64,000 nt of DNA, from positions 1-64,000 of the forward strand of contig JAUCBJ010000270.1 of assembly GCA_032718475.1 (NCBI GenBank), read 5' to 3'. The notes below the pieces were generated by a model that searched no databases, had not been told where the DNA came from, and saw only the letters and a list, made by a program, of their open reading frames with translations. Positions 24,931 to 36,906 of this stretch are shown here, in pieces (the stretch's first letter is position 1; every line of letters starts with the position of its first letter). The translations under genes and the position numbers were made by a program. The stretch comes from Nemertoderma westbladi (taxonomy: Eukaryota > Animalia > Xenacoelomorpha).

Positions 24931-26574
24931 CTATATATGAGTTTATCCATATTATAATGAGTTTATATTTAGGCGAGCGGGCGTCGCTGCCTACCCAATC
25001 AACCCCCGGACAGTACGAGATCCTCAGCGCTGATGTGTCGTCGCCGCTGTACTTTCGCCAACGACGTAGCCGCACAACGACAACGACAACCGGCACAAGT
25101 CACTCAACTGTCCGTCCCAAAGGCTTAGATGTACTTCAGGTTTCCTTGGAGAGTTAGGTTACTTTTACGATTGCGACTAGCTACTGTAAACACACCTTAG
25201 CAGTAACATTCACCTATAAACTCACAAATACCACACACACAACTTGTCACAAATTACACACACTCGGGTCACTTGTCCGTTAGTCAATGCCTTCCAGAAT
25301 GTCACTGTATTATTATGTATCCTTGGATACTATCAGTGCACTATTTATTCCCTATGCTATTCAATGGGACAAGCTTTCTATTGTTCTTTTAACTCAATTC
25401 TAATTCTAGCGTGGTTGTTGCTATGGTGACATTATGCAAAGCTAGCGGTAGAATTAGGGTAATTCCAATGCATACAGATCTGGGATGTTATTTAATAGTA
25501 TTCTTTAATAGTCAATGTTCTGTTTTATACATGACTTTATGAATTTTATCGGCTATTGACTATGTTTGGGAGACTTTCGCACACTCATATGCATAATAAG
25601 ATAAATATCCGCTCCCTTGATCTATTAATTAATGGAATTTTGGGAATGTTATAAATTGCGTAAAATGGCAATTTATTAAATTCATTAAAGACATGAATTT
25701 AAATTTATTCCCTGAAATTTTATTATTTGATAATTAAATGGGCATAATTTGATTCTAGAACATGTCTAGGGACACAAGATCCTTAATTCTATGACAATTG
25801 TCTTTTTTAAGAATATCGGTAAATGCTACAATATCTTAATTGACTAGAATTGTTGAAGGATCTGAATTTTACAGATTTTGACTTATTTGATTTGTAAATA
25901 TTAACTAATTAATATTTGAGATGGGCACCGATTTATTCCAGAACTTGTCTGGGGACGTTAACCACTGATTCTATAATTTGTCTTTCAAGTATATCGGTGG
26001 GTGCCACGATATCTTAATCGACTAGAATTACAGATGGTCAAAGGGTTTAACAGATTTATTTTGCGTTATACGCTACTGTTAAAGGGACATCACGCTACTA
26101 TATGCATTATTTCATATACGGTATGAGAGCAATATCGCACGAAGCAATGTCAGTGTGAAGAGGCAAGTCGTTTCCAAGGTCTACCCAGAGCTTGGTTTAG
26201 CCGAGACACGAGGATCTGAACTTTGCATTCCTAATACTCTGCCTACCAATAATACTTAAATATAGTAGTGGCTTTATTGTACTTTAATAAGTACGGACAT
26301 TTCATCTTACTGTAGTTACGTATTTATAATATAATACGAACAGTAAGGAAAGAGAAAAATAATTATTTCTTCGCCGTCTCACTAAATATAATATAAGTAG
26401 TTACGTACGTAATAAACACGAATATATCGCACTATTCTACAAAATAATCGCTAAATAATATTCTACTAAATTAAATAAAACGATTATAATAAAATTACTT
26501 AGTAATACATACATAAATATAAAAATAATAATATAATATAAAATAATCGAGTCACACGCCCACTCCGAACGATA

Positions 26575-29500
26575 TTAAGTTGGGGAGTTCCTAGATGTCG
26601 GTTGGATTAGGGAAGTGGTCGTGGGAAGAGTTTCTTGCCTTCCATAGTTTCCGGAGAGCTCTCTGTCTCTTTCCAGTAAACATAAACGACCCACTGGGCG
26701 ATTGAGCTGTTGAGTCTCAAAGACTATCCCTGGTTTCTTAAAGTTCCGCCGCATGACGACGAGCTCTACTGATCGCACCAAACCATCGCTCGAGATATAA
26801 GTCTCGATGATACGTCCTGTTTGCCATCGCTTACGTGGGAGATCGGGGTCCACAATAAGCACCATGTCTCCAGCGCTGACGTTTTCTTGCTGCGCAAACC
26901 ACTTAGTTCGAAGTTGTAGAGTGGGCAGGTAATGTTTCTCGAAATGGTCAGCGAAACGACGGGATAGCAACTGCATAAGTTGCCAGGTTCGACGGCAGTA
27001 CTCGTCTCCGTCTGTGATCTCCGATCGTGGGAGCATGGCTACGGGCTTCTTCAGTAGAAAGTGCGCGGGTGTTAGCGCTTCCAGGGAATCAGGATTTGAA
27101 GAGACTGGCATAAGCGGTCTTTCGTTGAGATAGGCGGCGATTTCCTCCATTAACGTCCGCAATAGTTCGTCGGTGAGATAAGCGCGACAAGGCACAATAA
27201 AGTGGAACGCAGTCTTCACGCTCCTAATCAATCTCTCCCAACTTCCTCCCCACCAAGGGGCGTCGGCGGCGTTGAAGGTCCAGCTAGACGCTGTTATCCT
27301 TAGCTGATCGTCCACCTGTCTTTTGTTCCAGTCCTTTACGTAAGCTTGAATTTCGTTGTTGGCGCCAATGAAGTTCGTTCCCTTATCCGATCTCATCGTG
27401 TTACTGGTTCCGAAGCGAGCGATCTGTCGTCGTAAACTCAACACGAAGCTGTTGGTGGATAGATCGTTTACCATATCGAGATGGATAGCTCTACAAGTCA
27501 TACAAACGAAGATGACACACCATCTCTTGACTATAGTCCGGGCACGATATACTTCAATAGGGCCAAATAAATCCACACCGGTATTAGTAAAGGGTGGTTC
27601 ATAGAAGCTTACTCTTTCCCTAGGTAATTCTGCCTCTCGCTGGGTTAAAGGCCTACTGAATGCTTTCCTACAGGGTATGCAGTTCCTAAGAACTTGGTTC
27701 AGAGCCCTACGGGGTTTATAAAAATAGTAGCGAGTTCGAATTTCGCTCAGAACTCGCTCTCTACCAGCATGATACAGTTTGCTATGAACATCTACAATCA
27801 TCTTGATTTGTATGTCAAGATTTCTAATGAGGATGGGAAACTTAGTGTCAAAGGATAACGGGGCGTTGGTGAGCCGACCTCCAACACGTATTAACCCATC
27901 TATCATGGTACTAGAGAAGCGATCCCTTAAGCGCATCTGCGGATTTCTTAACAACAGGAAATACTTATCGGGATCCTCATAGCATTGTAGGAGTCTCAGC
28001 ATCTGTTTGTTGGTTTCATCATGCTCCTGGTAACTGATCTTCTCCTTTAGAAACCTGTTGGATACCTTGTATTGGGGAAGATCTTTAACAACATGGACTC
28101 GTGCAGATGTTGATGGAGCATCATCACTATTGGTCTTCGTTCCGGAGTAACGATGATGAAAACATCGTTTCAAATAGGTAACAGCTTTACAGAGCCGATA
28201 CCAGGAACTGTAGTGACGTATCGCTCTCTGCAAGAGAGGTGAGAGTCCTTGCGAGATATCTGGTATTCCAGATTTCCAATCCTTGTCACGGATTTCTAAG
28301 ACTTCTTTCGTCGTGGCGGTGGGTTTCTGATCCAAAGCATCATCTCCGGAAGTAAATAATACAGATAGATCAACCGCAGGTTTAAACAACTTCGATTTAC
28401 TCGCTCGAGTTTTGGGTTTAACTTTCTCCGCTCCCTTGGCCTGTCTGATCTCTGCTGTTGTGAGATGGGGAGGCCATTCTTCTTCTTCCCTGTAGAGAAA
28501 GTCGGGTCCTCCTAACCATTCGGGAGTATTTACCAATTCCTTTGGAGTCGCTCCTCGGGACGTGATGTCTGCTGGATTAATCGTTCCGGGGCAATGTCTC
28601 CATTGGTCCATCATCGTGCGACTAAGTATGATGGCTACCCTGTTGGTAACGAAGACGCTGAACTGACAGACTTCATTGGTTATATACTCTAACACGAGTA
28701 AAGCGTCGGTCCAATAGACAGTCTTCTCTAATGGATAGTCAATCTGTTCGGTTACATTCCGGCCGATGGCTGTAGCGTATAGAGCCGCTTTTAACTCCGC
28801 TCGAGGAACTTTCAACTTGTTGTTGATTAATGCCTTAGAAGTAACCAAGGCGACTTTGATTCCATCCGGAGTTTCCACTCTTAGGTAGGCTACTATACCG
28901 ATTCCCATATCGCTGGCGTCTCCAAACACATGGAGTTGATAGGAATACGTAGGGAGAACATGACCAAAATATGAACGGGAAATTATAAAATCTTCGATAG
29001 CTGGTAGAGAATCTTCCCATTTCATCCACTTCTTCAATAATTCTCCCTTAAGTGGATCGTCCCATGAGTGGTTTTCAAGCCACATTTGTTGTACCAAACT
29101 ACGAGCAATCAATATAACTGGGCTAATAAATCCCAATGGATCGAAATAAGTGCTCAGTATACTTAAGCAAATCCGTTTGGTTCGAACTGGATTATCTCGC
29201 TGTTTTAGCTGGAAAAACAGGATATCTCGCTCTGTGTCCCATTTCAAGCCGAGTGTCTTGGTCTCTGGCAGATCATCTTTGATCAAATCGAGATCTTTCG
29301 CTCCTCGATCTTCCGCAGGGATCGACTCCAGAAACTCACGGGAGTTGCTGGTGAATTTGGTTAATCGAAATCCACCTCTTTTTAAGCACTCTACCGTTCC
29401 CTTAGCGACCTCAATGGCTTCCTCAACTGATGGGAGGGACTTCAGATTGTCGTCCATGTATATGTCTCTCTTGATGTTGTCGATCACTTCCTTAGAGAAT

Positions 29501-32500
29501 GCCTCTCGGTTGTCCTCTGCAGTAGTACGCACTACCGAACAGGCGTTGGAAGGGCTTGAGATTATCCCAAAGGCCTGGATGGTCATCCAGTACTCCACCG
29601 GTTTCTGGTTGAGATCTCCTTCGGGCCACCACAGAAATCTTAGACTATCTCGATCCCTATCTAGCACCTTGACTTGTAAGAACATGCCTTCTATATCGGA
29701 GGCGAAAGCAATCGAATATTGTCTCAATCTTAAAAGAATTCCCAACAAAGATTGAAGTAAGTTGGGTCCGGGTAACAATTCAGAGTTAAGGGATTGACCC
29801 ATGTAAAGAGCGGAGCCATCAAACACTACTCTCACTTCATTTGGTTTACCGGGTTTAGGAACGTAATGGTGAGTTAAATAATACGTTCTTTCAGTCACAG
29901 GTGTTTCTTCCGGTACCCTCTCCGCGTATCCCTTATTAATAAATTTTTCCAGCTGTGTTTGATACATTGCTTTAGCTGAAGAATTAGCTGTAAGGCGTCG
30001 ATGGAGTTGCGCGATTCTTTTTTCCGCCAGGGGTCTGTTATTGATGAACTTCGGTTCTCTCTTGCGAAAAGGTAAACCGACTTCGTACCTTCCTTGATCT
30101 TTGAGGAAACGTGTAGTTGTCTCTTGGATCTGCTTGGCCCTTTCCTCTTCCACTGATAAAGCCTTATCGTAGGAATTGGGCTCTACCGCCTCTTGCGTAA
30201 AGAATCGTACAGCATGTTCATCTCGAGTCTTAGCATTGCAACGCTCAATGACGTCATTTAACTCGTCGTTGTAAGCTTCTCGTTCAGATGGATAGAGAAG
30301 TTGACATAAGTTCACTTGGTTTTGCCAAGCCTCGTTTTCCTTAAGGAGATCGATGGTATTCTCCTCATCAAAAAGCTGGTGAACGTCGTCGTTATCTGAG
30401 GAGTATGGAATTCCCTCAGTTGAATCGTCTCCTTCACTAGTATCATCTTCCCATTCACTCACCTGACAGACGCGCTCTTGCGGTAGTCTTTCTTTGAGTG
30501 TTCTACGGGAAGGGCCAGTAAAGTACCAACCTACTCTAGTTCTTACCGCATAGGTCTGTAGGGGCTGCGGTTGAGCAGGCCGTTTCTCTAATGTCTCCAG
30601 CGCCTCATGCGCGTTTTGGCCGATGAGTATTTGCACTCCAGGATAATCAGTCTGGAATCGAGGTATGTTAAGATGTTGGATGCTCTCATCCTCGTCCCAA
30701 TTATAAAGGTCTGCTTGAGTAGTAGCGAAGTTCTTTATAGCCACCATTTTCACTGACCTTATGCTGTGTTCTCCTAGTTCGTCTTGTGGGGTGGACAACG
30801 CGCCTACATAATAATCAGCTGTTATTGTAGATTTCCAAACTTGCATGATGCCAGACATGTTGAGCTTAGTTTGGAACTTGAGTTGTCCAGCAAATATATC
30901 TTCGGCTAGCTCTTTATCGATGAATGTTCCTGTACTACCGGAGTCAAGGAGGGCGTTCACTACATAACTCCTCTCAGGTCCGTGAACCCTTACTTGCACC
31001 ACAGGAAACTCTCGGATCCCTACATTGGAAGATGGCTCTTTCCAAGATGGTTGTCGCTCAGAAGTAGTTAGAGTAAAGTCGTTGTCTGTATCTTTTTCAT
31101 ATGTGAGTGCTCGATACACTGCGGTATTTATCATGTAACAGGATTCGTTTTCGTCGGAGAACTCGTCTGTGTAGAATCCTTCCATCTCAGATTGATCAGT
31201 GTCGTTCACATCACTGAATTGGACATGTAGCTCGGAATCACTTACCTGATTCGGACTATTTCGATCGAATTCAGCGTGCAACAAGATATGATGTTTCGCA
31301 CCACACTTTGCACACCTTATGTCAGAGAAACAGGTTCGCCGTTGGTGTCCTTGTCTGAGGCAATTATAACATAACCGCTTATCCCACATGACTTCGCGTC
31401 TCTCTGTTAATGATTTCTTTAGAAATTCATCACACCTATTCAAATGGTGGGTCCCGTCACACAGCGCACATTTCGGTTTGATGTTACTTACCTTATTCTG
31501 AGTCACATTGTGTACACTTGCCTTTTCTTCGGGCTTTCTCACCTGAATTCTCTTGGGAGACGTGGGAGGAGTTTTTCTTACCTGTTCTCTCCTGTCATTT
31601 GCTCGAGACTTGAATTTACTTACCTGATCTTTAGGCATTTTATTGACATAATAAGATCTATCAGTGTCTTTCCCGCTATCTTCTCCTTGAGAAGTCTGGC
31701 TTTCGCCGTCGTCTGTATAACACACTGGTGTTACCTTTCTCCTAGAGACGGGTTTTTCACTTACCTTGTTTTCCGGTGTCTTCTCTCTAGACAGTTTCAG
31801 GAGCTGTAGTTTCACTTCTCCATCTAGGAATGACATGAGATCAGCCATGGTAGGGTCTCGTCGTTGTTGTTCCATCATATATAGTACTTTCTTATCCCAG
31901 CGTGTGCCTACCCCACCTTTCGGTAAAGTAGAAGCCACAGCTCCAATGACCATAGAACTTTGGTATTCGTGAGACTTACCTAACCAATCTAATTGTCTAC
32001 AGATCTCTTGAATCTCATCGGAAAACTCTATTATCCCACTGCTGATGAACTTTCTGGGCGCTACTAATTTTGCATATAAATACTTAGCGATATTATTCCT
32101 ATTACCATACCTGATGTTTAGTGTGTCCCAAACTTGTCTTAATCCGTCTGGATGTCCAATAAACTTTAACGCCATTAACTTGGGAGATCCTTCCAAGCAC
32201 TCGATGAGGAATCTAAGTTTCTCTCCATTAGATAGCACAGAGTTCTGTATGTTATCTTTGTAATATTCATTAAAAGGTAACCATTTCATCTCATCTCCAT
32301 TGAACTTGACGATCTCTCCCACCTTTACCGCTTGCCGGGCTTCGGTTCTAGCCATTTGACGCGTAAAACTTTCTTGGGCCATCGTGTTATTTAATATCGA
32401 GTTATCGGTATATAAATTTCTCGGATTATGATCAGGTCTATAGGGAATGTCATTATCAACAGGTCTATAATTACCCTTAATAGGGTTCACTATAGGAGTT

Positions 32501-34662
32501 TCTACTTCGCTAGCAGTATATATGCGTGTAGGCTCCACACCTTGCGCATGCGATACTTCAGACCTAACAGGTTGACACATTGTTACAGAGGGTGGTGGTA
32601 TACCCTTTTGGGTATTTACTAATTTATCGCGTTCGAGCGCGATACTTTGCTGCACTTCTTGCAACTCTAGCCTACTTTCCCTTACTGTGCCCTTGAATTG
32701 CTGGACAGTCTCCTGCATCTGCCCGAGCAGGATATCCATCCCCCGCCGTCTCTCGTCCACCCATTCGACCGCCGAAGCGGGAGTCGCCAACGTTGTAGCG
32801 AGCGGACGAGGGACAACGGGCGACAAATCAGGAATATTTCGCTCGGGGTCCAGGACCTGAACTGTCTCCTGGGCAGTTCTACGGGGCACAGGTAGCTTAG
32901 TGCTATGCAGAGGGAATTTAGAGGTAACTTCAGGGAGTACAGGTGTGTCTATCACCGAAGGGGTGATTTCGAGAACAGGCCTAATTATTTCAGGCTCATC
33001 TACTATAGTAGGGAGTCTTTCTATTTTAATTATTTGGTCTGTGGGTTCTGTACTACCTAAGTTGGTGTTATTTAGTTGCCTTCTAACAGCTGGAGGCAAA
33101 TCAGGCAATTTCTGACGGTGGAATGTTCTTTTACGTCTACTTAGACGAGATCTATTTCCTTTGCCTTCAGTATCGGTGGTATCACCTTCCTCAGATGATG
33201 TATATCCCTGTCGTTTGGGAGTAGATCGATTCATCATCTGCATATTACTAGCTGTTAACTGTTTATTTATGCAGTCTTGATTCTCCTGAATGTTTTCCAA
33301 TTCTAATTGGGTGGTTTCCTCAGCCGCTCTCCGTTCTGCTTCTACCACTGCCTCCGCCACTTTTCTTTCCGCTTCGGCCGCTGCCTTTGCCTCTGCCGCT
33401 GCCACTTTTGCCTCTGCCGCTGCCTCTGCCGCTGCCGCTTTTCTTTCTGCTTCTGCAGCTGCCACTGCTGCTGCTACTGCCGCTGCCTTTCTGTCTTCTA
33501 TACGTTTTTTCTTTACTTGTTCTTCTTGGACTCTGGTGATGCGGAGTTGTTCATCAAATTTAGCCTGGTTCGCAGCCCTCATTTCCACATCGATGGCATC
33601 CAACACAAGCTTGGTTCCTTCACTATTAGGGCTAAGTCCCTCTAACCTTCTCCTCAACTCGTCATCACCTAAAAAACGTTGATAGTCTGACAGATAGAAG
33701 TCAATGGCATCCCTCTTATGCGGTTTCTCTGCCGTCGCTTCACTTTCCACTTGGGAAAAAGTAGCGTCTGTTGATTCTCCATGGGTTGAGCGCTCCTCTA
33801 GCTGAGCTTTCCACTGAGCTGTTCCTTGAACCTGGAGACTCACCCTTTGAAACCAAGTCTTTACGGCAACTTGCAACGACGTGTCTTGCCTTCGTTTAGA
33901 AGCCTCCTCAAAGGCCGATAATATTAGCCTGATTCGTAGAATTCTTTCTCTTACTTGATAAAGCAGCAATCCCTGCTCTTGAGGTCCTTGAGGTTGATGA
34001 AACAGTTGTTCTTTTAATCGCTCTATAGAGCTGAAGAATCCCTGTGCGTATCCGGCTGCGGACCTCTTCCACACAGCTGGATCGATGGTTTCCTTGGCTA
34101 CTCCCATCCGGTGTATGTCTTCCCAGGCAGCTTCTGATAAATCAAACGGGAGTCCGGGTCCGGGGAAGTTCCATTGCGACTCGACAATAGACTTCAGTTC
34201 TTCACTCGTGTATCCCGCATAACTATCTCTAGTTGACCGTTGACTTCTCGCCCAATCGATCTGGTGTTCTTCCACCGCGATCAATAACCTAGTGAGTACG
34301 GCTGCAGGAAGGATGAGAAGGGGATCCGTATAAACCGCATCCGTCATCTCTGCTCCGCGCTCGGGTGTCAGCTCTACAGTATCCTCACTACTGGAGCTGT
34401 TGGGCCGTTGAGAAGTAAGTTCTTGCCTCTCGGGTTGTTGCTGTTCCGCTGCTTCTTGGTCCCGCTTGACCTGAGCTCGGGTGCCTATGATAGACCTACG
34501 ATGTTGGACCAGCCTAGGTTCTTTTATTACTACTGGAGGGATGACTTTCCTCACAGTGGGAGGTGAACTGAACTTACGACCAGACGGTTGTACGTCTCTA
34601 TCTGAGTCGCAGATAGTTACATCTAATAAACTGTCTGACAGGTTCTGCTTAGTATCAGACAT
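26575..34662 (-). CDS. BEL/Pao Gag-Pol polyprotein, 2695 aa, with a long N-terminal extension
   Basis: KFNGDEMKW Gag, three zinc knuckles, LLDSGS protease, IYMDD RT, VFGDAS RNase H, GVDLFGP/SDKGTNF/GGSWERL integrase. Confidence 0.97.
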   Translation of the reverse strand: MSDTKQNLSDSLLDVTICDSDRDVQPSGRKFSSPPTVRKVIPPVVIKEPRLVQHRRSIIGTRAQVKRDQEAAEQQQPERQELTSQRPNSSSSEDTVELTPERGAEMTDAVYTDPLLILPAAVLTRLLIAVEEHQIDWARSQRSTRDSYAGYTSEELKSIVESQWNFPGPGLPFDLSEAAWEDIHRMGVAKETIDPAVWKRSAAGYAQGFFSSIERLKEQLFHQPQGPQEQGLLLYQVRERILRIRLILSAFEEASKRRQDTSLQVAVKTWFQRVSLQVQGTAQWKAQLEERSTHGESTDATFSQVESEATAEKPHKRDAIDFYLSDYQRFLGDDELRRRLEGLSPNSEGTKLVLDAIDVEMRAANQAKFDEQLRITRVQEEQVKKKRIEDRKAAAVAAAVAAAEAERKAAAAEAAAEAKVAAAEAKAAAEAERKVAEAVVEAERRAAEETTQLELENIQENQDCINKQLTASNMQMMNRSTPKRQGYTSSEEGDTTDTEGKGNRSRLSRRKRTFHRQKLPDLPPAVRRQLNNTNLGSTEPTDQIIKIERLPTIVDEPEIIRPVLEITPSVIDTPVLPEVTSKFPLHSTKLPVPRRTAQETVQVLDPERNIPDLSPVVPRPLATTLATPASAVEWVDERRRGMDILLGQMQETVQQFKGTVRESRLELQEVQQSIALERDKLVNTQKGIPPPSVTMCQPVRSEVSHAQGVEPTRIYTASEVETPIVNPIKGNYRPVDNDIPYRPDHNPRNLYTDNSILNNTMAQESFTRQMARTEARQAVKVGEIVKFNGDEMKWLPFNEYYKDNIQNSVLSNGEKLRFLIECLEGSPKLMALKFIGHPDGLRQVWDTLNIRYGNRNNIAKYLYAKLVAPRKFISSGIIEFSDEIQEICRQLDWLGKSHEYQSSMVIGAVASTLPKGGVGTRWDKKVLYMMEQQRRDPTMADLMSFLDGEVKLQLLKLSREKTPENKVSEKPVSRRKVTPVCYTDDGESQTSQGEDSGKDTDRSYYVNKMPKDQVSKFKSRANDRREQVRKTPPTSPKRIQVRKPEEKASVHNVTQNKVSNIKPKCALCDGTHHLNRCDEFLKKSLTERREVMWDKRLCYNCLRQGHQRRTCFSDIRCAKCGAKHHILLHAEFDRNSPNQVSDSELHVQFSDVNDTDQSEMEGFYTDEFSDENESCYMINTAVYRALTYEKDTDNDFTLTTSERQPSWKEPSSNVGIREFPVVQVRVHGPERSYVVNALLDSGSTGTFIDKELAEDIFAGQLKFQTKLNMSGIMQVWKSTITADYYVGALSTPQDELGEHSIRSVKMVAIKNFATTQADLYNWDEDESIQHLNIPRFQTDYPGVQILIGQNAHEALETLEKRPAQPQPLQTYAVRTRVGWYFTGPSRRTLKERLPQERVCQVSEWEDDTSEGDDSTEGIPYSSDNDDVHQLFDEENTIDLLKENEAWQNQVNLCQLLYPSEREAYNDELNDVIERCNAKTRDEHAVRFFTQEAVEPNSYDKALSVEEERAKQIQETTTRFLKDQGRYEVGLPFRKREPKFINNRPLAEKRIAQLHRRLTANSSAKAMYQTQLEKFINKGYAERVPEETPVTERTYYLTHHYVPKPGKPNEVRVVFDGSALYMGQSLNSELLPGPNLLQSLLGILLRLRQYSIAFASDIEGMFLQVKVLDRDRDSLRFLWWPEGDLNQKPVEYWMTIQAFGIISSPSNACSVVRTTAEDNREAFSKEVIDNIKRDIYMDDNLKSLPSVEEAIEVAKGTVECLKRGGFRLTKFTSNSREFLESIPAEDRGAKDLDLIKDDLPETKTLGLKWDTERDILFFQLKQRDNPVRTKRICLSILSTYFDPLGFISPVILIARSLVQQMWLENHSWDDPLKGELLKKWMKWEDSLPAIEDFIISRSYFGHVLPTYSYQLHVFGDASDMGIGIVAYLRVETPDGIKVALVTSKALINNKLKVPRAELKAALYATAIGRNVTEQIDYPLEKTVYWTDALLVLEYITNEVCQFSVFVTNRVAIILSRTMMDQWRHCPGTINPADITSRGATPKELVNTPEWLGGPDFLYREEEEWPPHLTTAEIRQAKGAEKVKPKTRASKSKLFKPAVDLSVLFTSGDDALDQKPTATTKEVLEIRDKDWKSGIPDISQGLSPLLQRAIRHYSSWYRLCKAVTYLKRCFHHRYSGTKTNSDDAPSTSARVHVVKDLPQYKVSNRFLKEKISYQEHDETNKQMLRLLQCYEDPDKYFLLLRNPQMRLRDRFSSTMIDGLIRVGGRLTNAPLSFDTKFPILIRNLDIQIKMIVDVHSKLYHAGRERVLSEIRTRYYFYKPRRALNQVLRNCIPCRKAFSRPLTQREAELPRERVSFYEPPFTNTGVDLFGPIEVYRARTIVKRWCVIFVCMTCRAIHLDMVNDLSTNSFVLSLRRQIARFGTSNTMRSDKGTNFIGANNEIQAYVKDWNKRQVDDQLRITASSWTFNAADAPWWGGSWERLIRSVKTAFHFIVPCRAYLTDELLRTLMEEIAAYLNERPLMPVSSNPDSLEALTPAHFLLKKPVAMLPRSEITDGDEYCRRTWQLMQLLSRRFADHFEKHYLPTLQLRTKWFAQQENVSAGDMVLIVDPDLPRKRWQTGRIIETYISSDGLVRSVELVVMRRNFKKPGIVFETQQLNRPVGRLCLLERDRELSGNYGRQETLPTTTSLIQPTSRNSPT

Positions 34663-36039
34663 GACTATGTATACCGTTGAATGTCTACTGCTGTATTACA
34701 GTCTGAGCAAGTCTAGTAATTCAGTATTAACTGCTAGCCTAGTAATTAATTACCGATACTGCTACTCAGTGTAGCGTGATATATATATAATATATTAGAA
34801 TACCGGTATACTTATAGTATATATAACTATATAAGTATTATTACAGACTAGGTTTATCACAGAATACCGGTATAATTTTAGCACAAATATATATAAATAT
34901 ATAATAGGCCTATCGGAATACCGGTATACAGCTTACAGTTTGTAGTATATATAATTCTGGAATAGAATTAATTACAAGTACCGGTATAATTTCAGCCTAG
35001 ATTTATAGAAATAAAGATAATAGGCCTATCGTAAATACCGGTATATCAATTATTTTAAATAATTGAACTTCTGAATTTCAGGGTTACTTTGTTACTTTAC
35101 TTACTTTATTACCGTTATTTGAGCAGTAGTCCAACTGATATGGAGACCTAATTGTTATATGGTAGGCCTACTATTTATAAATCGTTAGATTTGATTTATA
35201 ATATATATATACCCGTTTTAATGGGTTTTGTCAATGTTTGAAATAAATGTTATTATTTCTAGGGGTAATCACTACACAAAGCGGTATGCTTTCAGTGAAG
35301 TGTTACGTACAGGACACTAAAACAAATAATTCTAATTTACCTAAGTTACTTAATACTACAAATTACGTACAATTCGGGTGAGATTACAATCTCTAAATAA
35401 ACACAAAAATTTACAAAAAAACCCAAAATACGAATTTTTAGGGTAATTTTACAAGAAGTCTACTAACCAGCCTAACAAAGGGTTAGAAATCTGGTTATTA
35501 CAACGGACAGGGTACTACGGTATTTGAAATAATAAGTAGTAGTAAATACACTGCGTTGTCCAGATAGGAAAATACCACCGCCTGACGACCTATAGCCGTA
35601 TCGCTATAGGTTCTACGTTATGTATCACGGAGTGTTCCTACCTAGAAGTTAATAGAGCTAATCGAACGTGCCTATCAACCACTTTACAACACAAATATAA
35701 TGCCTACTAATTACTTTCGGAAAGCACTGTACACTAAACCCTAAATTAGGTACGAGTACTTGTATAACATATAATCTGTAGTTAAATATACTTGAACAGC
35801 TAAAAGAACCACGGCATCTGCTGGAGTGACCGATGCACAAAATCACCAGTCTTTACCTACACCAAGCAGCCCGTGTAGTACCGGGGTTAATTTAACTATA
35901 GCGGTATGTATAACAAACACAATTACTGTAGGAACAAACTTGGGGAATGAATGTTGCGAATAATCGCATAAACTCTGAATAATAAATATTACGCTACGCG
36001 TACAAACTACTCAAACAAAATGCAGACCAAACACTGACA

Positions 36040-36548
36040 GACTACTATCAAGCCTAAACAAACTACGGTATATGCAGACTCCGAAATAATTAGGTAGTAT
36101 GCGTTCTAACCCAGTAGTACGACTTATTCTTTAGTTGGGGGTTTACCTTACAGCATTCGCTGCCCCTACTTCCTAACCGTTCTTTATCGGACAAGTGATC
36201 TACACACGCTGCAATCCGTTCAGACCCAATAACAGCCAGACAACTATCCAGCCTACAAATTATCTAAATAAAATTATACGCTACCCGTACAGACTTACAC
36301 AAACAAAGTACAGACTAAACGATGGCAGACTACTCTCAAGCCTAAATAAACTACAGGACATGCAGACTCCGAAATGATTAGGGAGTATGCGTTCTAACCC
36401 AGTAGTACGACTTATTCTTTAGTTGGGGGTTTACCTTACAGCATTCGCTGCCCCTACTTCCTAACCGTACTTAATCGGACAGGTGATCTACACACACTGC
36501 AATCTGTTCAGACTTAACAGCAATCAGACAACAGCTCAGCCTACAAAT
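36040..36548. repeat. Tandem duplication (period about 288 bp) in the 5' leader of B
   Basis: Block tgcagactccgaaat...cctacttcctaaccgt present at about 36072 and about 36361. Confidence 0.9.
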
Positions 36549-36906
36549 TGTCTGTACAATCTGATCAGGTTTACACGCCTTCTGTTCAATACTAGCCTAC
36601 AAACAAATAAAACTGACAGAAATAAGTAAGCTCCAAAAGAAACAAGGGGTGTACAGTCCCTAATCTCTTAAACAGCCTACCGGTATACAACAATCCAATC
36701 GAATAATACTAATGTACTTATACTGGAAGTACCGGTTAGGACAGTTGGGCCTACGGACCTACAGAAGTACCGGTTCTGGCAGTTGGACCTACGGACCTAC
36801 AGCAGTACCGGTTCTGGCGGTTGGGCCTACTGACCTACTGAAGTACCGTTCAGGTTTACCGGTTGACCGGTACTTTCAACTTTATTGCTTACTGCAATAA
36901 AGAAGC

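Noticed and set aside
24957-25157. Antisense ORFs upstream of ORF2 in B and D (54041-54250)
   Set aside because: The peptides are not similar beyond the first residues; the shared DNA is better explained as a sense-strand promoter.
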